From positions 1-64,000 of the forward strand of contig CAXXSM010000149.1 of assembly GCA_963663405.2 (NCBI GenBank): a DNA stretch of 64,000 bases, written 5' to 3'. The DNA is from a bacterium. Lineage in GTDB: Bacteria > Hinthialibacterota > Hinthialibacteria > Hinthialibacterales > Hinthialibacteraceae. A program made the position numbers and the translations under genes. A model generated the notes under the pieces. The model made no database searches, was not told where the DNA came from, and worked only from the letters and a program-made list of their open reading frames with translations. Position 1 is the first letter of the stretch. Every line of letters starts with the position of its first letter. Shown piece by piece: positions 48,184 to 57,563 of this stretch.

Positions 48184-49341
48184 TTGAATCTATTAAGGAA
48201 CACTCGTTCACCAAAATTAGATATGAGACTATTAAATCGAATGTTGAAATGGAGACCCGGCAAGACTCTCCTATTTAAATTCTGCGCGATTGCGCTGTCT
48301 GTTCTTTGTGTTTTTGCTGGATTGGAAATCGTGTTGCGTGGTATCGGATACCATCCTTCCTATGTGAATCCACTGCGCTCTTTTCACGAAAACGATCCCG
48401 TTTTGGGGTGGCGGGGGAAGAGAAATTTTACCGGGCGTTTCGTCAAACCTTGGTTTGATGTGGAAATTGCGCACGACGAAAACGGATTCAGAAAACAAGT
48501 TGTACAAAACGAACCCAGCGCTGACGCCAAACGGATTATTTTCTATGGCGACTCTTTTACCTGGGGGTGGGGTGTGGGACAAGGGAAAACAGTAACGGAC
48601 CGTTTACGCGTTCTCCTTCCCGCGTATAAAGTAATCAATCGGGGGATTAACGCGTCGGGAACTGTGATGCAGTATACGTTATTCAATCAAGAATTCTCAG
48701 CGTCACTTTCACCGGGGGATACTGTTATTCTGTTGTTTTTTTATAATGATTACAGCGATAACGTTGATGATTCCGGTGGGCGTCTATCCGCTCGGATCAA
48801 GGATGACGCGGTTGTTCTCGTTCCTCCCAGCCATGTTCTCTCTGAATCCCGATTGTCAACATATTCATATTTATTAAACTTCCTGCATTTTAAAATCAAT
48901 ACACTCAAATTGCATTATAAAACTCTCCGCGCATTGGACCGATCCTATGTGTTGGAACGGATTGGAGAATCCGATCCTTCTGTCGCGATCACAAAGCTTT
49001 TTCTGTCAAAATTCCAAGAAGACTGTCATCACCGCGAAGCGGAATTCCTACTGGCGTATATTCCGGGGCAGGCGGAGATGAATGAATTGAATGCCAATTT
49101 AGATGAGCAACTGCAAGCTGAAGAATCATTCCGGGCAGTGACTTTTAAGATCGCGAAGGACCTGAATCTGAAAACATTGGATTTTCTTCCTGCGTTTTTC
49201 GAATATAAGCGGCAGAATCCATCCACTCTCCTGACGTTCCAGATCGATCAGCATTGGAACGAACACGGACACGAACTCGCCGCGCAAGCGATTTGCCAGT
49301 ATCTGCGAGAAGAATGGAACTATCCGGGTCCATCCTTTTGA
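48184..49341 (+). CDS. SGNH/GDSL hydrolase-family protein (AlgX/AlgJ-like), membrane-anchored
   Basis: TM then D.VLGW, N.GFR, block I YGDSFTWG.GV, IN.GI, FYND..DN, block V DQHWNE.GH. Start may be at 48223 or 48241. Confidence 0.85.
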   Translation: MNLLRNTRSPKLDMRLLNRMLKWRPGKTLLFKFCAIALSVLCVFAGLEIVLRGIGYHPSYVNPLRSFHENDPVLGWRGKRNFTGRFVKPWFDVEIAHDENGFRKQVVQNEPSADAKRIIFYGDSFTWGWGVGQGKTVTDRLRVLLPAYKVINRGINASGTVMQYTLFNQEFSASLSPGDTVILLFFYNDYSDNVDDSGGRLSARIKDDAVVLVPPSHVLSESRLSTYSYLLNFLHFKINTLKLHYKTLRALDRSYVLERIGESDPSVAITKLFLSKFQEDCHHREAEFLLAYIPGQAEMNELNANLDEQLQAEESFRAVTFKIAKDLNLKTLDFLPAFFEYKRQNPSTLLTFQIDQHWNEHGHELAAQAICQYLREEWNYPGPSF

Positions 49342-49475
49342 GTCCTTTCCCACGCTGTTCCAGCGATTGTATCCATAAAAAGAATTCATTCTATCCGTTC
49401 CCGGATGTTGAAGGGAATGGATGATTTCTTTACAATGGCGAACGGATTTTAATCTTTTTGAAAGGAATGTGTATC

Positions 49476-50636
49476 ATGACACAGAAACGAGGATTGGCAC
49501 TACTCATTACCGTCGTCTTTCTCTGCGGGGTATGGGGAGAGACGCAAGCGGACGAATCCGGATTCAATGGTTTAAATGTTAACCTAGGGAACTTATACCG
49601 GCTATCGGACGCAAAAACCCGTTCTATCAGTCCAGAGAATTTCACAGGCGAAAAAGGAAAAGGCGGCATGGCGACGGAGGGAACCGGTGAGAGAGCGGCG
49701 CGTGATCTCGGCCGAGGGTGGAAGGTCTCACCATCTGTCAGCATTGAAGAGAAATCCACATTCGTTATGGCGGAGATTGATGGACCGGGGGCGATTCAAC
49801 ACATCTGGTTGACTCCCACCGGCAATTGGCGATTCTCCATCTTGCGGATTTATTGGGATGGTGAGGAGAATCCATCGGTGGAATGTCCTATCGGCGATTT
49901 TTTCGCGTGTGGATGGGGACAGTATGCGCAGGTCAATTCCCTGGCGGTCTGCGTTAATCCAGGGAGCGCTTTCAACTGCTATTGGTGTATGCCGTTTCGT
50001 CAAAAATGCAAGATCACACTTGAGAACATCGATGAGAACGAAATGCGGCTCTATTATCAGATTGATTACACACTCACAGATGTGCCGGATGACGCCGCGT
50101 ACTTCCATGCCCAGTTCCGCAGAGTCAATCCATTGCCCTATAAAGAGGTGTATACCATTGTGGATGGCATCAAAGGGAAGGGGCAGTATGTGGGAACGTA
50201 TATGTGCTGGGGTGTAAACAACCGTGGTTGGTGGGGGGAAGGCGAAATTAAATTTTATATGGACGGCGATACCGATTTCCCTACGATTTGCGGCACTGGG
50301 ACGGAGGATTATTTCTGTGGATCCTATAATTTTGAGAACAAAGTCGAAAAACGATACCAAGAATTCTCAACTCCTTACACTGGCCTCCCGCAGGTCATTC
50401 GCCCGGATGGGCGCTATGAATCGCAGCAGCGATTCGGCCTGTATCGTTGGCACATTACCGATCCGATCCGTTTTGAAGAGGATCTCCGCGTCACGATTCA
50501 AGCGCTGGGTTGGCGTTCCGGCGGCCGGTACCTGCCTTTACAAGACGATATCGCCTCAACCGCCTTCTGGTACCAAACCGAACCTCACGCCGCATTTCCT
50601 TCCTTGCCAGATAAAGATTATCTAGAAATTAAATAG
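49476..50636 (+). CDS. Glycoside hydrolase family 172 (DUF2961)
   Basis: TRSISPENFTGEKG.GG, GPGAIQHIW, YWDGEE.PSVECP.GDFF, WWGEGEIKFY.DGD, GTGTEDYF, YRWHI.DPIRF, DDIAS.AFWYQ.EP. Confidence 0.92.
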   Translation: MTQKRGLALLITVVFLCGVWGETQADESGFNGLNVNLGNLYRLSDAKTRSISPENFTGEKGKGGMATEGTGERAARDLGRGWKVSPSVSIEEKSTFVMAEIDGPGAIQHIWLTPTGNWRFSILRIYWDGEENPSVECPIGDFFACGWGQYAQVNSLAVCVNPGSAFNCYWCMPFRQKCKITLENIDENEMRLYYQIDYTLTDVPDDAAYFHAQFRRVNPLPYKEVYTIVDGIKGKGQYVGTYMCWGVNNRGWWGEGEIKFYMDGDTDFPTICGTGTEDYFCGSYNFENKVEKRYQEFSTPYTGLPQVIRPDGRYESQQRFGLYRWHITDPIRFEEDLRVTIQALGWRSGGRYLPLQDDIASTAFWYQTEPHAAFPSLPDKDYLEIK

Positions 50637-50669
50637 AAAAACATCAATCAAGTCGATACGATGCAATTG

Positions 50670-50695
50670 GGGACGCGCTCGCGTCCCTTTTTTTT
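50670..50695 (+). terminator. Rho-independent terminator after the GH172 gene
   Basis: gggacgc-gctc-gcgtccc followed by T8. Confidence 0.85.
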
Positions 50696-51103
50696 ATCTG
50701 TGCGTCAGGCATGGTGCACAGCGTCAAGACGGCGCTAGTTCGACTATGGACAACGGAAGTGGAATTATGAGGTGTACCCCATTGTCAAGACAGGAATCAA
50801 GGAAATTTAAAGTAGGTTTTCAACCTCGATTTCGTTCAACTCAAGTCTCCTTATTTGGGATCCGGAAATCATGATGATTCCAGATTCTCATAAAACTTTC
50901 CGATATTATACACTACCAGGAGAAACGGAGATCGGTTCTGCTGTAGAGCAACCGGTCAAGGGATATCCTGGTGCGTGTGCGACGGATTGCCGTCAGGGAG
51001 ACGTATCAGATCATCCCCTTTTTTCGATCATTTCAAGATAATCCAGAGCATTTGCCAATGCCTTAAAAAACTCAAACGCAAAGTTCTTGGACCGTCAAGT
51101 TTT

Positions 51104-51862
51104 CTAGTGTTCTCTATAAACCTGAAGCGGCGTCTTATATCCCAAGGCTTGGTGTAGACGCTCATTATTGTAGAACTGAAAATAATCCGTTAGTCCGCGC
51201 ACACAATCATTCACCGTTTCGTAACTTTTGATATAGACCTCCTCATATTTCACTGACCGCCATAACCGTTCGACGAAAATATTATCGAACACTCGGCCTC
51301 TTCCATCCATGCTGATGAGAGTCCTCTCTTTCTTCAAGCGACTCGTAAAATCCGTGCTTGTGAATTGAGAGCCTTGGTCACTGTTGAAGATCGTTGGCTT
51401 ATCAATTTCAAAAGCCATCTCCAACGCTTCGAGGCAAAAGTCAACCTCCATCGAAGTGGAGACTTTCCATGACACCACATAACGACTAAACCAGTCTAAG
51501 ATCGCCACCAGGTAAACAAATCCTTGGCGCATACGTATATAGGTGATATCGGTGCTCCACACGTGATTGGGTCTTTCGATTTTCACTCCCTTCAACAGGT
51601 ATGGATATTTCTTATGCTGAACATTTCCGAGGCTCAAACGAGGCTTCGGGTAGATCGTCTCCAAGCCCATCACTCGCATTAAACGACCGATTCGTTTCTT
51701 ATTCACAACCCGTCCTAGAGTTCTCAACCATTTCTGCATTTTCCGAATTCCGTAAAACGGTGTCCGGGTATATTGTTCATCAAGCAGGTTCATCAGCGCT
51801 ACATTTTCGGCTGATTCGCCCACGGGTTGATAATAAAATCCTGAACGAGACAACCCCAGCAA
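51104..51862 (-). CDS. IS3 transposase OrfB (DDE integrase core)
   Basis: PFYG.RKM, WSTDITYI, YLVAILDWFSR, FNSDQGSQFTS, SMDGRGR..DNIFVERLWRSVKYE, YNNER.HQALGY.TP. The frame stays open upstream to the A9 run. Confidence 0.95.
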   Translation of the reverse strand: MLGLSRSGFYYQPVGESAENVALMNLLDEQYTRTPFYGIRKMQKWLRTLGRVVNKKRIGRLMRVMGLETIYPKPRLSLGNVQHKKYPYLLKGVKIERPNHVWSTDITYIRMRQGFVYLVAILDWFSRYVVSWKVSTSMEVDFCLEALEMAFEIDKPTIFNSDQGSQFTSTDFTSRLKKERTLISMDGRGRVFDNIFVERLWRSVKYEEVYIKSYETVNDCVRGLTDYFQFYNNERLHQALGYKTPLQVYREH

Positions 51863-51923
51863 TTCACATTGCCTCTTTATTGAAATCTCAGAATTAGTTA
51901 GTTCGATCCAACTTCGTCTTTTC

Positions 51924-52223
51924 TTAACTGAGCACGTTAGACTTTTTTTTTACCCAATCAAGTTCGACTTTCATTTGCCCAATCTGGCGGTAAAGTTCCG
52001 ACGTCAGTTCTTCGGCTTCCGCTTGACTCTTTTCTTGCTTGCGTGAAAACAAGCCTGGGATTTCTTCCAACAGGCGCTTTTTCCACTGTCGAATCTGGCT
52101 CACATGAATTTTGTAATCGCTCGCTATCTGGGTTAAGGTCTTCTCTCCTTTGATTGCCTCCAGTGCCACTTTGCCTTTGAACGCTCCATCAAAATTTTTT
52201 CGCATTTTCATCATTTGGTTCAC
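51924..52223 (-). CDS. IS3 transposase OrfA (HTH)
   Basis: RK.F...FK.KVALEAIKGEKTL..IAS.Y.IH..QI.QWKK, LYRQIGQMKVELDW.KKK ending in an A9G slippery run. Confidence 0.93.
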   Translation of the reverse strand: MNQMMKMRKNFDGAFKGKVALEAIKGEKTLTQIASDYKIHVSQIRQWKKRLLEEIPGLFSRKQEKSQAEAEELTSELYRQIGQMKVELDWVKKKSNVLS

Positions 52224-52444
52224 CTCTTCTACCTATTGTCGGCTTCGAGGTAACCTACCTTAGATGGCTGTCCGAATTTTGGGGTACAGTATATTACACC
52301 TAAATTTTCTTGATTTATATCTTGGCGCCTCAGTTTGCTGGTTCAGTAAACCATGTAATGAAATGATGCTTTTTTTATTTTTTTCGCATATTCCACTTGA
52401 AAATCAATACATCATTCTAGATAGTGTAACTCAAAACGCAGTCC

Positions 52445-52522
52445 ATGTGGAAGCATTGAACTGTTTTCCTTTAATTGGTCGCCAATAGGAAAACAGGGAG
52501 CGAGTGGCGAATCCCCTCCAAT
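52445..52522 (+). ncRNA. c-di-GMP-II-like riboswitch (variant) in the leader of the LRR gene
   Basis: GGAAGC-AU-UGAA, 10-bp stem ctgttttcct/aggaaaacag, GGAG (kink-turn); loop tcgcca (52479-84) complementary to tggcga (52505-10), forming the pseudoknot. Layout matches class II c-di-GMP aptamers from memory. Confidence 0.6.
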
Positions 52523-52551
52523 AATCTATTCTTTTTTAGGAGAATTTATCT

Positions 52552-55464
52552 ATGTCAATTTCAGTTGGAACACTCCATCAATTCTATTCACGAACGATTT
52601 TTATTGTTGTCTCGCTGGCTCTTTTAAGCGCATTTATAGCCAACAACTCCATCGCGCAGAACATCAACGATTCCGCCCATTTCCCGGATCCGAATTTCCT
52701 AGCCGCTGTTGAGAGTTTCATGGGAGGAGATTTCACCGAGGCCCAAGCGGCGGCGAAGACAGGTGATTTTGGCTGCTCAAATCTATCTATCGGTGATTTG
52801 ACCGGAATAGAATATTTCACCGGTATAGGGGGACTCAACTGCGAGAAAAATCAATTAACCAGCCTGGATATCTCCAATAATACTGCTTTGAATTTTCTCA
52901 GATGCGGTGAAAATCAATTAACTAGCCTGGATGTCTCCCTCAACACCGCTTTGGATTATCTCTGGTGCAATAACAATCAATTAACCAGCCTGGATGTCTC
53001 CTACAACACCGCTTTAACTGAGTTCAGATTTTTTGGCAATGAATTAACCAGCCTGGATATCTCCAATAACACCGCTTTGACTACATTCAGCTGCGGTGAT
53101 AATCAATTAACCAGCCTGGATGTCTCCAACAACACCGCTTTGGCTATACTCTATTGCTATGAAAATCAATTAACCAGCCTGGATGTCTCCAACAACACCG
53201 CTTTGGCTATACTCTATTGCTATGAAAATCAATTAACCAGCCTGGATGTCTCCAACAACACCGCTTTGTCTGTGATCTACTGCTGGAATAATCAATTAAC
53301 CAGCCTGGATGTCTCCCACAACACCGCTTTGATTGAACTCGTGTGCTTTGCCAATCAATTAACCAGCCTGGATATCTCCCACAACACCGCTTTGACTACA
53401 TTCAGCTGCGATAATAATCAATTAACCAGCCTGGATGTCTCCCACAACACCGCTTTGACTATATTCAGCTGCGGTGATAATCAATTAACCAGCCTGGATT
53501 TCTCCAACAACACCGCTTTAGAAGAGTTCTACTGTAATTACAATCAATTAACCAGCCTGGATTTCTCCAACAACACCGCTTTGTATCATCTCCAATGCTA
53601 TGGGAATCAATTAACCAGTCTGGATGTCTCCAACAACACCGCTTTGGCTATACTCTATTGCTATGAAAATCAATTAACCAGCCTGGATGTCTCCAACAAC
53701 ACCGCTTTGTGGCATCTCCACTGCTATGAAAATCAATTAACCAGCCTGGATGTCTCCTACAACACGGCTTTAGAATGGCTCCGCTGCGATAACAATCAAT
53801 TGACAAACATTTCAAGTCTAGTCGTTAACACTGGTCTCGTATCAGGAGATAACGTAAATGTAAGTTACAACAATCTATCCTGCGATGATTGGGCTGATAT
53901 TCAGACATTGATAAGCCGTATTGGCGCTGGTTTTGTCTATTCTCCTCAAAATGGTTTTGATCCATTCTATTGCACCGTCAACATCAATACATCCGCCTAT
54001 TTCCCGGACGCGAATTTCCTCGACGCTGTTAGGAATTTCATGGGCCTCTCCTACCCAGAAGAACCTTTCACCGGCATCGATGCGGAGGCGAAGACGGGTA
54101 CTTTCGACTGCTCCGGTCTAAGTATCAGTGATATGACCGGAATAGAATATTTTACCGGCATAGAAAGACTCGATTGCTGGAACAATCAATTAACCAGCCT
54201 GGACGTCTCCAACAACACCGCTTTGACTGAACTCAATTGCGGTGTTAATCAATTAACCAGCCTGGATGTCTCCAGCAACACCGCTTTGGTTATCTTTTGG
54301 TGCAGTAATAATGAATTAACCAGCCTGGATGTCTCCAATAACACCGCTTTGACAAGACTCGACTGCGGTGTCAATAAATTGACCAGCCTGGATGTCTCCA
54401 GCAACACCGCTTTGACAAGCCTCCTTTGCGGTGTTAATCAATTAACCAGTCTGGATGTCTCTAACAACTCCGCTTTGAATCTCCTTTGGTGCGGTGGTAA
54501 TGAATTAACCAGCCTGGATGTCTCCAACAGCGCCGGTTTGACTGAGTTAAGATGTGATGACAATGAATTAACCAGCCTGGATGTCTCCAACAACACCGCT
54601 TTGACTATCCTCTATTGCGGCGCCAATCAATTAACCAGCCTGGATGTCTCCAACAACACCGCTTTGACTGGTCTCTATTGCGGTTGGTGTCAATTAACGG
54701 ACATTTCAAGTCTAGTCACCAACCTAGGTTTTGGAGCGGGAGATGACGTAGATGTAAGGTGGAACAATCTATCCTGCGATGATTGGGCGGCTATTCTTGT
54801 ACTGCAAAACCGGGGTGTTATTTTAGATTATTCCCCTCAGAATGGTATGAATCCATTTTATTGCGCGTCGATTGACACAAGTTACCTCGTCAATGGCAAT
54901 GGATTTGGCGGTCGATATTGGCCGGGGAGAATAAACGGCAGTTATTTTGACGCGCGGTTTATTCCAGCGACGGCTTTGGGCGGTGAAGAAACATATCCCG
55001 CGTGGTGCGCGGATATGCTTACCAAAATTCAACTGGGCGCGTGGTATAACAATGTTGGGATTTACACTTCTGAGACAGACGTCTGTTCCCTGGTTGGCAA
55101 TCCAGAGAATTTTAAATTTGTGAATTACTTGTTAGTCAATTATCGTTATGGCCTTTATGTAGGCGTTGACCAAAACGTAATCCAAGCGGTGGTCTGGAAA
55201 CTCTTATTCAATGGAAAAGCGCCAAAAATCGGGGGGAATGGGATCAGCAGTGGAGGATTCATTTCATGGGATGATTCGCTAGCCACATCTATTTATAATA
55301 CCGTGAGGACGACCCCGTCTTCCGATTTTCCCGATTATGAAAACAATTCATTTCTCCCCATCGCAATCATCATCGATACAGGTGATCAAGTGAATTTGCT
55401 GGAAATTCCGTATTGGATGTATCTTGAATTCATGGACTTGGGAATTGTTGGGGATTGTTCATGA
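52552..55464 (+). CDS. Secreted leucine-rich-repeat protein (two internalin-like LRR modules) with putative C-terminal thioester (TQXA-like) domain
   Basis: Signal peptide; N-caps FPD.NFL.AV; 15 + 8 units of N(Q/E/K)LTSLD.S.NTAL..L.C..; C-caps NNLSCDDWA; tail AWCAD...VNYLL...IQAVVW. Confidence 0.9.
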   Translation: MSISVGTLHQFYSRTIFIVVSLALLSAFIANNSIAQNINDSAHFPDPNFLAAVESFMGGDFTEAQAAAKTGDFGCSNLSIGDLTGIEYFTGIGGLNCEKNQLTSLDISNNTALNFLRCGENQLTSLDVSLNTALDYLWCNNNQLTSLDVSYNTALTEFRFFGNELTSLDISNNTALTTFSCGDNQLTSLDVSNNTALAILYCYENQLTSLDVSNNTALAILYCYENQLTSLDVSNNTALSVIYCWNNQLTSLDVSHNTALIELVCFANQLTSLDISHNTALTTFSCDNNQLTSLDVSHNTALTIFSCGDNQLTSLDFSNNTALEEFYCNYNQLTSLDFSNNTALYHLQCYGNQLTSLDVSNNTALAILYCYENQLTSLDVSNNTALWHLHCYENQLTSLDVSYNTALEWLRCDNNQLTNISSLVVNTGLVSGDNVNVSYNNLSCDDWADIQTLISRIGAGFVYSPQNGFDPFYCTVNINTSAYFPDANFLDAVRNFMGLSYPEEPFTGIDAEAKTGTFDCSGLSISDMTGIEYFTGIERLDCWNNQLTSLDVSNNTALTELNCGVNQLTSLDVSSNTALVIFWCSNNELTSLDVSNNTALTRLDCGVNKLTSLDVSSNTALTSLLCGVNQLTSLDVSNNSALNLLWCGGNELTSLDVSNSAGLTELRCDDNELTSLDVSNNTALTILYCGANQLTSLDVSNNTALTGLYCGWCQLTDISSLVTNLGFGAGDDVDVRWNNLSCDDWAAILVLQNRGVILDYSPQNGMNPFYCASIDTSYLVNGNGFGGRYWPGRINGSYFDARFIPATALGGEETYPAWCADMLTKIQLGAWYNNVGIYTSETDVCSLVGNPENFKFVNYLLVNYRYGLYVGVDQNVIQAVVWKLLFNGKAPKIGGNGISSGGFISWDDSLATSIYNTVRTTPSSDFPDYENNSFLPIAIIIDTGDQVNLLEIPYWMYLEFMDLGIVGDCS
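52849..53793 (+). repeat. Coding tandem repeat, 15 x 63 bp (LRR array 1)
   Basis: Near-invariant 42-bp aatcaattaaccagcctggatgtctccaacaacaccgctttg plus a variable 21 bp. Confidence 0.95.
54184..54687 (+). repeat. Coding tandem repeat, 8 x 63 bp (LRR array 2)
   Basis: Same 42-bp constant plus 21-bp variable unit. Confidence 0.95.
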
Positions 55465-55749
55465 TCCCTTTAATTCGATTTACAAAAATCTTAATCCTGC
55501 GCGAATTTAACCCTACTCGCAATCACAGAGTGGGGAAATAGAATCATTCCCCCCTTGTTTTCTATGCGCCTGGCATTACGACCTTCCCCCGATAACTATC
55601 AGAGGAATTGCCGATCTTCGAAGAATGGATATAATTCTCGTTTGGCAATCACCGGCCTCAATAGAGCCCGCCAGACTCATTATTCATACAATCATCACTT
55701 AATTTCCCCGTTTGAATGCGGGGATTTTTCATGAGGAAAAACAAACAGC

Positions 55750-57561
55750 ATGAAAACTCGCAAGCGGAATTCGAATCTGCGGAATATCGCCATCATCGCT
55801 CACGTCGATCATGGAAAAACAACATTGGTGGATGCGATGTTCAAACAAAGCGGTGTGTTCCGAGACAATCAGACTGTTAATGATCGCGTGATGGACAATA
55901 TGGATCTGGAACGCGAGCGGGGGATAACGATCTCCGCTAAAAATTGTTCCGTTTTTTGGAAAGGAGTGAAAATCAACATTCTTGACACTCCCGGTCACGC
56001 TGATTTCGGCGGGGAGGTGGAACGGGCGTTGATGATGGTCGATGGAGCGATTCTTCTCGTTGACGCTTCTGAAGGCCCCTTGCCTCAAACCCGCTTTGTG
56101 TTGCAGAAAGCGTTGAATCTGAATTTAAAAATAATTGTTGTCATTAATAAAATCGATCGTAAAGACGCCCGGCCGGCAGAAGTGTTGAATGAAATCTATG
56201 ATCTTTTCATCGATTTAGACGCCACCGATGAGCAGATTGAATTTCCCGTGTTTTACGCGATTGGGAAAGAGGGAACCGCGCAACGGTCTTTGGAAGAGGA
56301 TGGCCAGAATCTTCAGCCATTATTCGATGCCATTCTCGAAGAAATTCCTGCGCCGACCTATGAGCCATCCGAGCCGTTCCAGATGCTGGTCTCGGATTTG
56401 GATTATTCTGATTTCCTAGGCAGACTGGCCATTGGCCGGATCGCGCATGGCCGCGCCAGACGCAGCCAGGAATTGGTCTGCCTGGGGGAAAGTGGGATTC
56501 CACACCCGTTGCGTATTTCTAAATTGGAAGTGTACGAAGGCATTAAAATGAAAGAGGTGGATTCGGTCGAACCGGGTGATATCACAATACTGGCTGGAAT
56601 CGAAAATGTTCATATCGGCGATACCATCGCCGCGAAAGATACTCCCAAAGCCTTAAAACGAATTACAGTGGATGAACCGACCGTCTCCATGAAATTCGCG
56701 ATTAACACATCTCCTTTTGCCGGTAAAGAAGGCCGATACGTTCAATCCACTAAACTGCGCGAACGGTTGTTGAAAGAGACGCTCAGTAATGTTGCGCTGC
56801 AAGTGGAAGAGACGGATGACGCCAATATATTTCTGGTGAAAGGACGCGGCGAATTCCAAATGGTCATTCTGATCGAAACGCTTCGGCGGGAAGGATACGA
56901 GCTGAGCGCCGGGCGCCCGCATGTGATCTATAAACAGAATAATGGACAGATCCAAGAACCGATCGAGCATCTTTTTGTGGATTGTGACGAGATTTTCATC
57001 GGTATTGTTACAGAGAAACTTGCGGGACGGAAAGGACGTATGGTCAATCTGGTCAATCACGGATCGGGCCGGGCGCGTCTGGAATTTTCCATACCCTCGC
57101 GGGGACTGATCGGGTACCGGAATGAATTCTTAACCGACACGAAGGGGACGGGGATATTAAATTCCTATCTGGAGGGCTATGAAGACTACCGGGGCGATTT
57201 TCGTACCCGGTTGACAGGATCATTGGTAGCCGACCGGCAAGGGTTGGCGGTCGCTTATGCGCTTTATAATCTTGAGCCGCGGGGAACGCTTTTTATCACA
57301 CCGAATACGCCTGTATACGAAGGTATGATCGCTGGAGAACACAACCGGGATAATGATTTAAACGTCAATCCATGTAAAGAAAAGAAACTGACCAACATGC
57401 GGGCCGCTGGGAAAGACGACGCGGTTACACTTACACCAGTTACGCCAATGACCTTGGAAAAGGCGATTGAATTTATTAGAGAAGATGAGATGGTGGAAGT
57501 CACCCCGCGATCCATCCGCCTGCGGAAAACCATTCTTCCAGCGAATCAACGCAAAGGGTAA
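55750..57561 (+). CDS. typA: Translational GTPase TypA/BipA
   Basis: [70 protein letters not shown]. Confidence 0.98.
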   Translation: MKTRKRNSNLRNIAIIAHVDHGKTTLVDAMFKQSGVFRDNQTVNDRVMDNMDLERERGITISAKNCSVFWKGVKINILDTPGHADFGGEVERALMMVDGAILLVDASEGPLPQTRFVLQKALNLNLKIIVVINKIDRKDARPAEVLNEIYDLFIDLDATDEQIEFPVFYAIGKEGTAQRSLEEDGQNLQPLFDAILEEIPAPTYEPSEPFQMLVSDLDYSDFLGRLAIGRIAHGRARRSQELVCLGESGIPHPLRISKLEVYEGIKMKEVDSVEPGDITILAGIENVHIGDTIAAKDTPKALKRITVDEPTVSMKFAINTSPFAGKEGRYVQSTKLRERLLKETLSNVALQVEETDDANIFLVKGRGEFQMVILIETLRREGYELSAGRPHVIYKQNNGQIQEPIEHLFVDCDEIFIGIVTEKLAGRKGRMVNLVNHGSGRARLEFSIPSRGLIGYRNEFLTDTKGTGILNSYLEGYEDYRGDFRTRLTGSLVADRQGLAVAYALYNLEPRGTLFITPNTPVYEGMIAGEHNRDNDLNVNPCKEKKLTNMRAAGKDDAVTLTPVTPMTLEKAIEFIREDEMVEVTPRSIRLRKTILPANQRKG

Positions 57562-57563
57562 TT

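Larger units (their letters stand above)
50768..52293 (-). mobile_element. Complete IS3-family insertion sequence (1526 bp)
   Basis: Imperfect 25-bp TIRs tgaggtgtaccccattgtcaagaca and (reverse complement) tatactgtaccccaaaattcggaca; 3-bp TTA direct repeats at 50765-50767 and 52294-52296; contains orfA and orfB. Confidence 0.92.

Noticed and set aside
50700-50767. Intact group II intron
   Set aside because: Similarity is limited to the first ~18 nt; no reverse transcriptase ORF or domain V/VI was found on either side of the IS.
52849-54687. CRISPR-like pattern of 42-bp repeats with 21-bp spacers
   Set aside because: The 63-bp unit is an in-frame 21-aa LRR within a long ORF, the spacers keep the L and C codons, and there are no cas genes.
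52552-55464. Diversity-generating retroelement acting on the LRR gene
   Set aside because: No reverse transcriptase and no template/variable repeat pair in the window; the differences are not confined to adenine positions.
55729-56088. 119-aa antisense ORF
   Set aside because: Typical shadow ORF opposite the conserved G-domain of typA.
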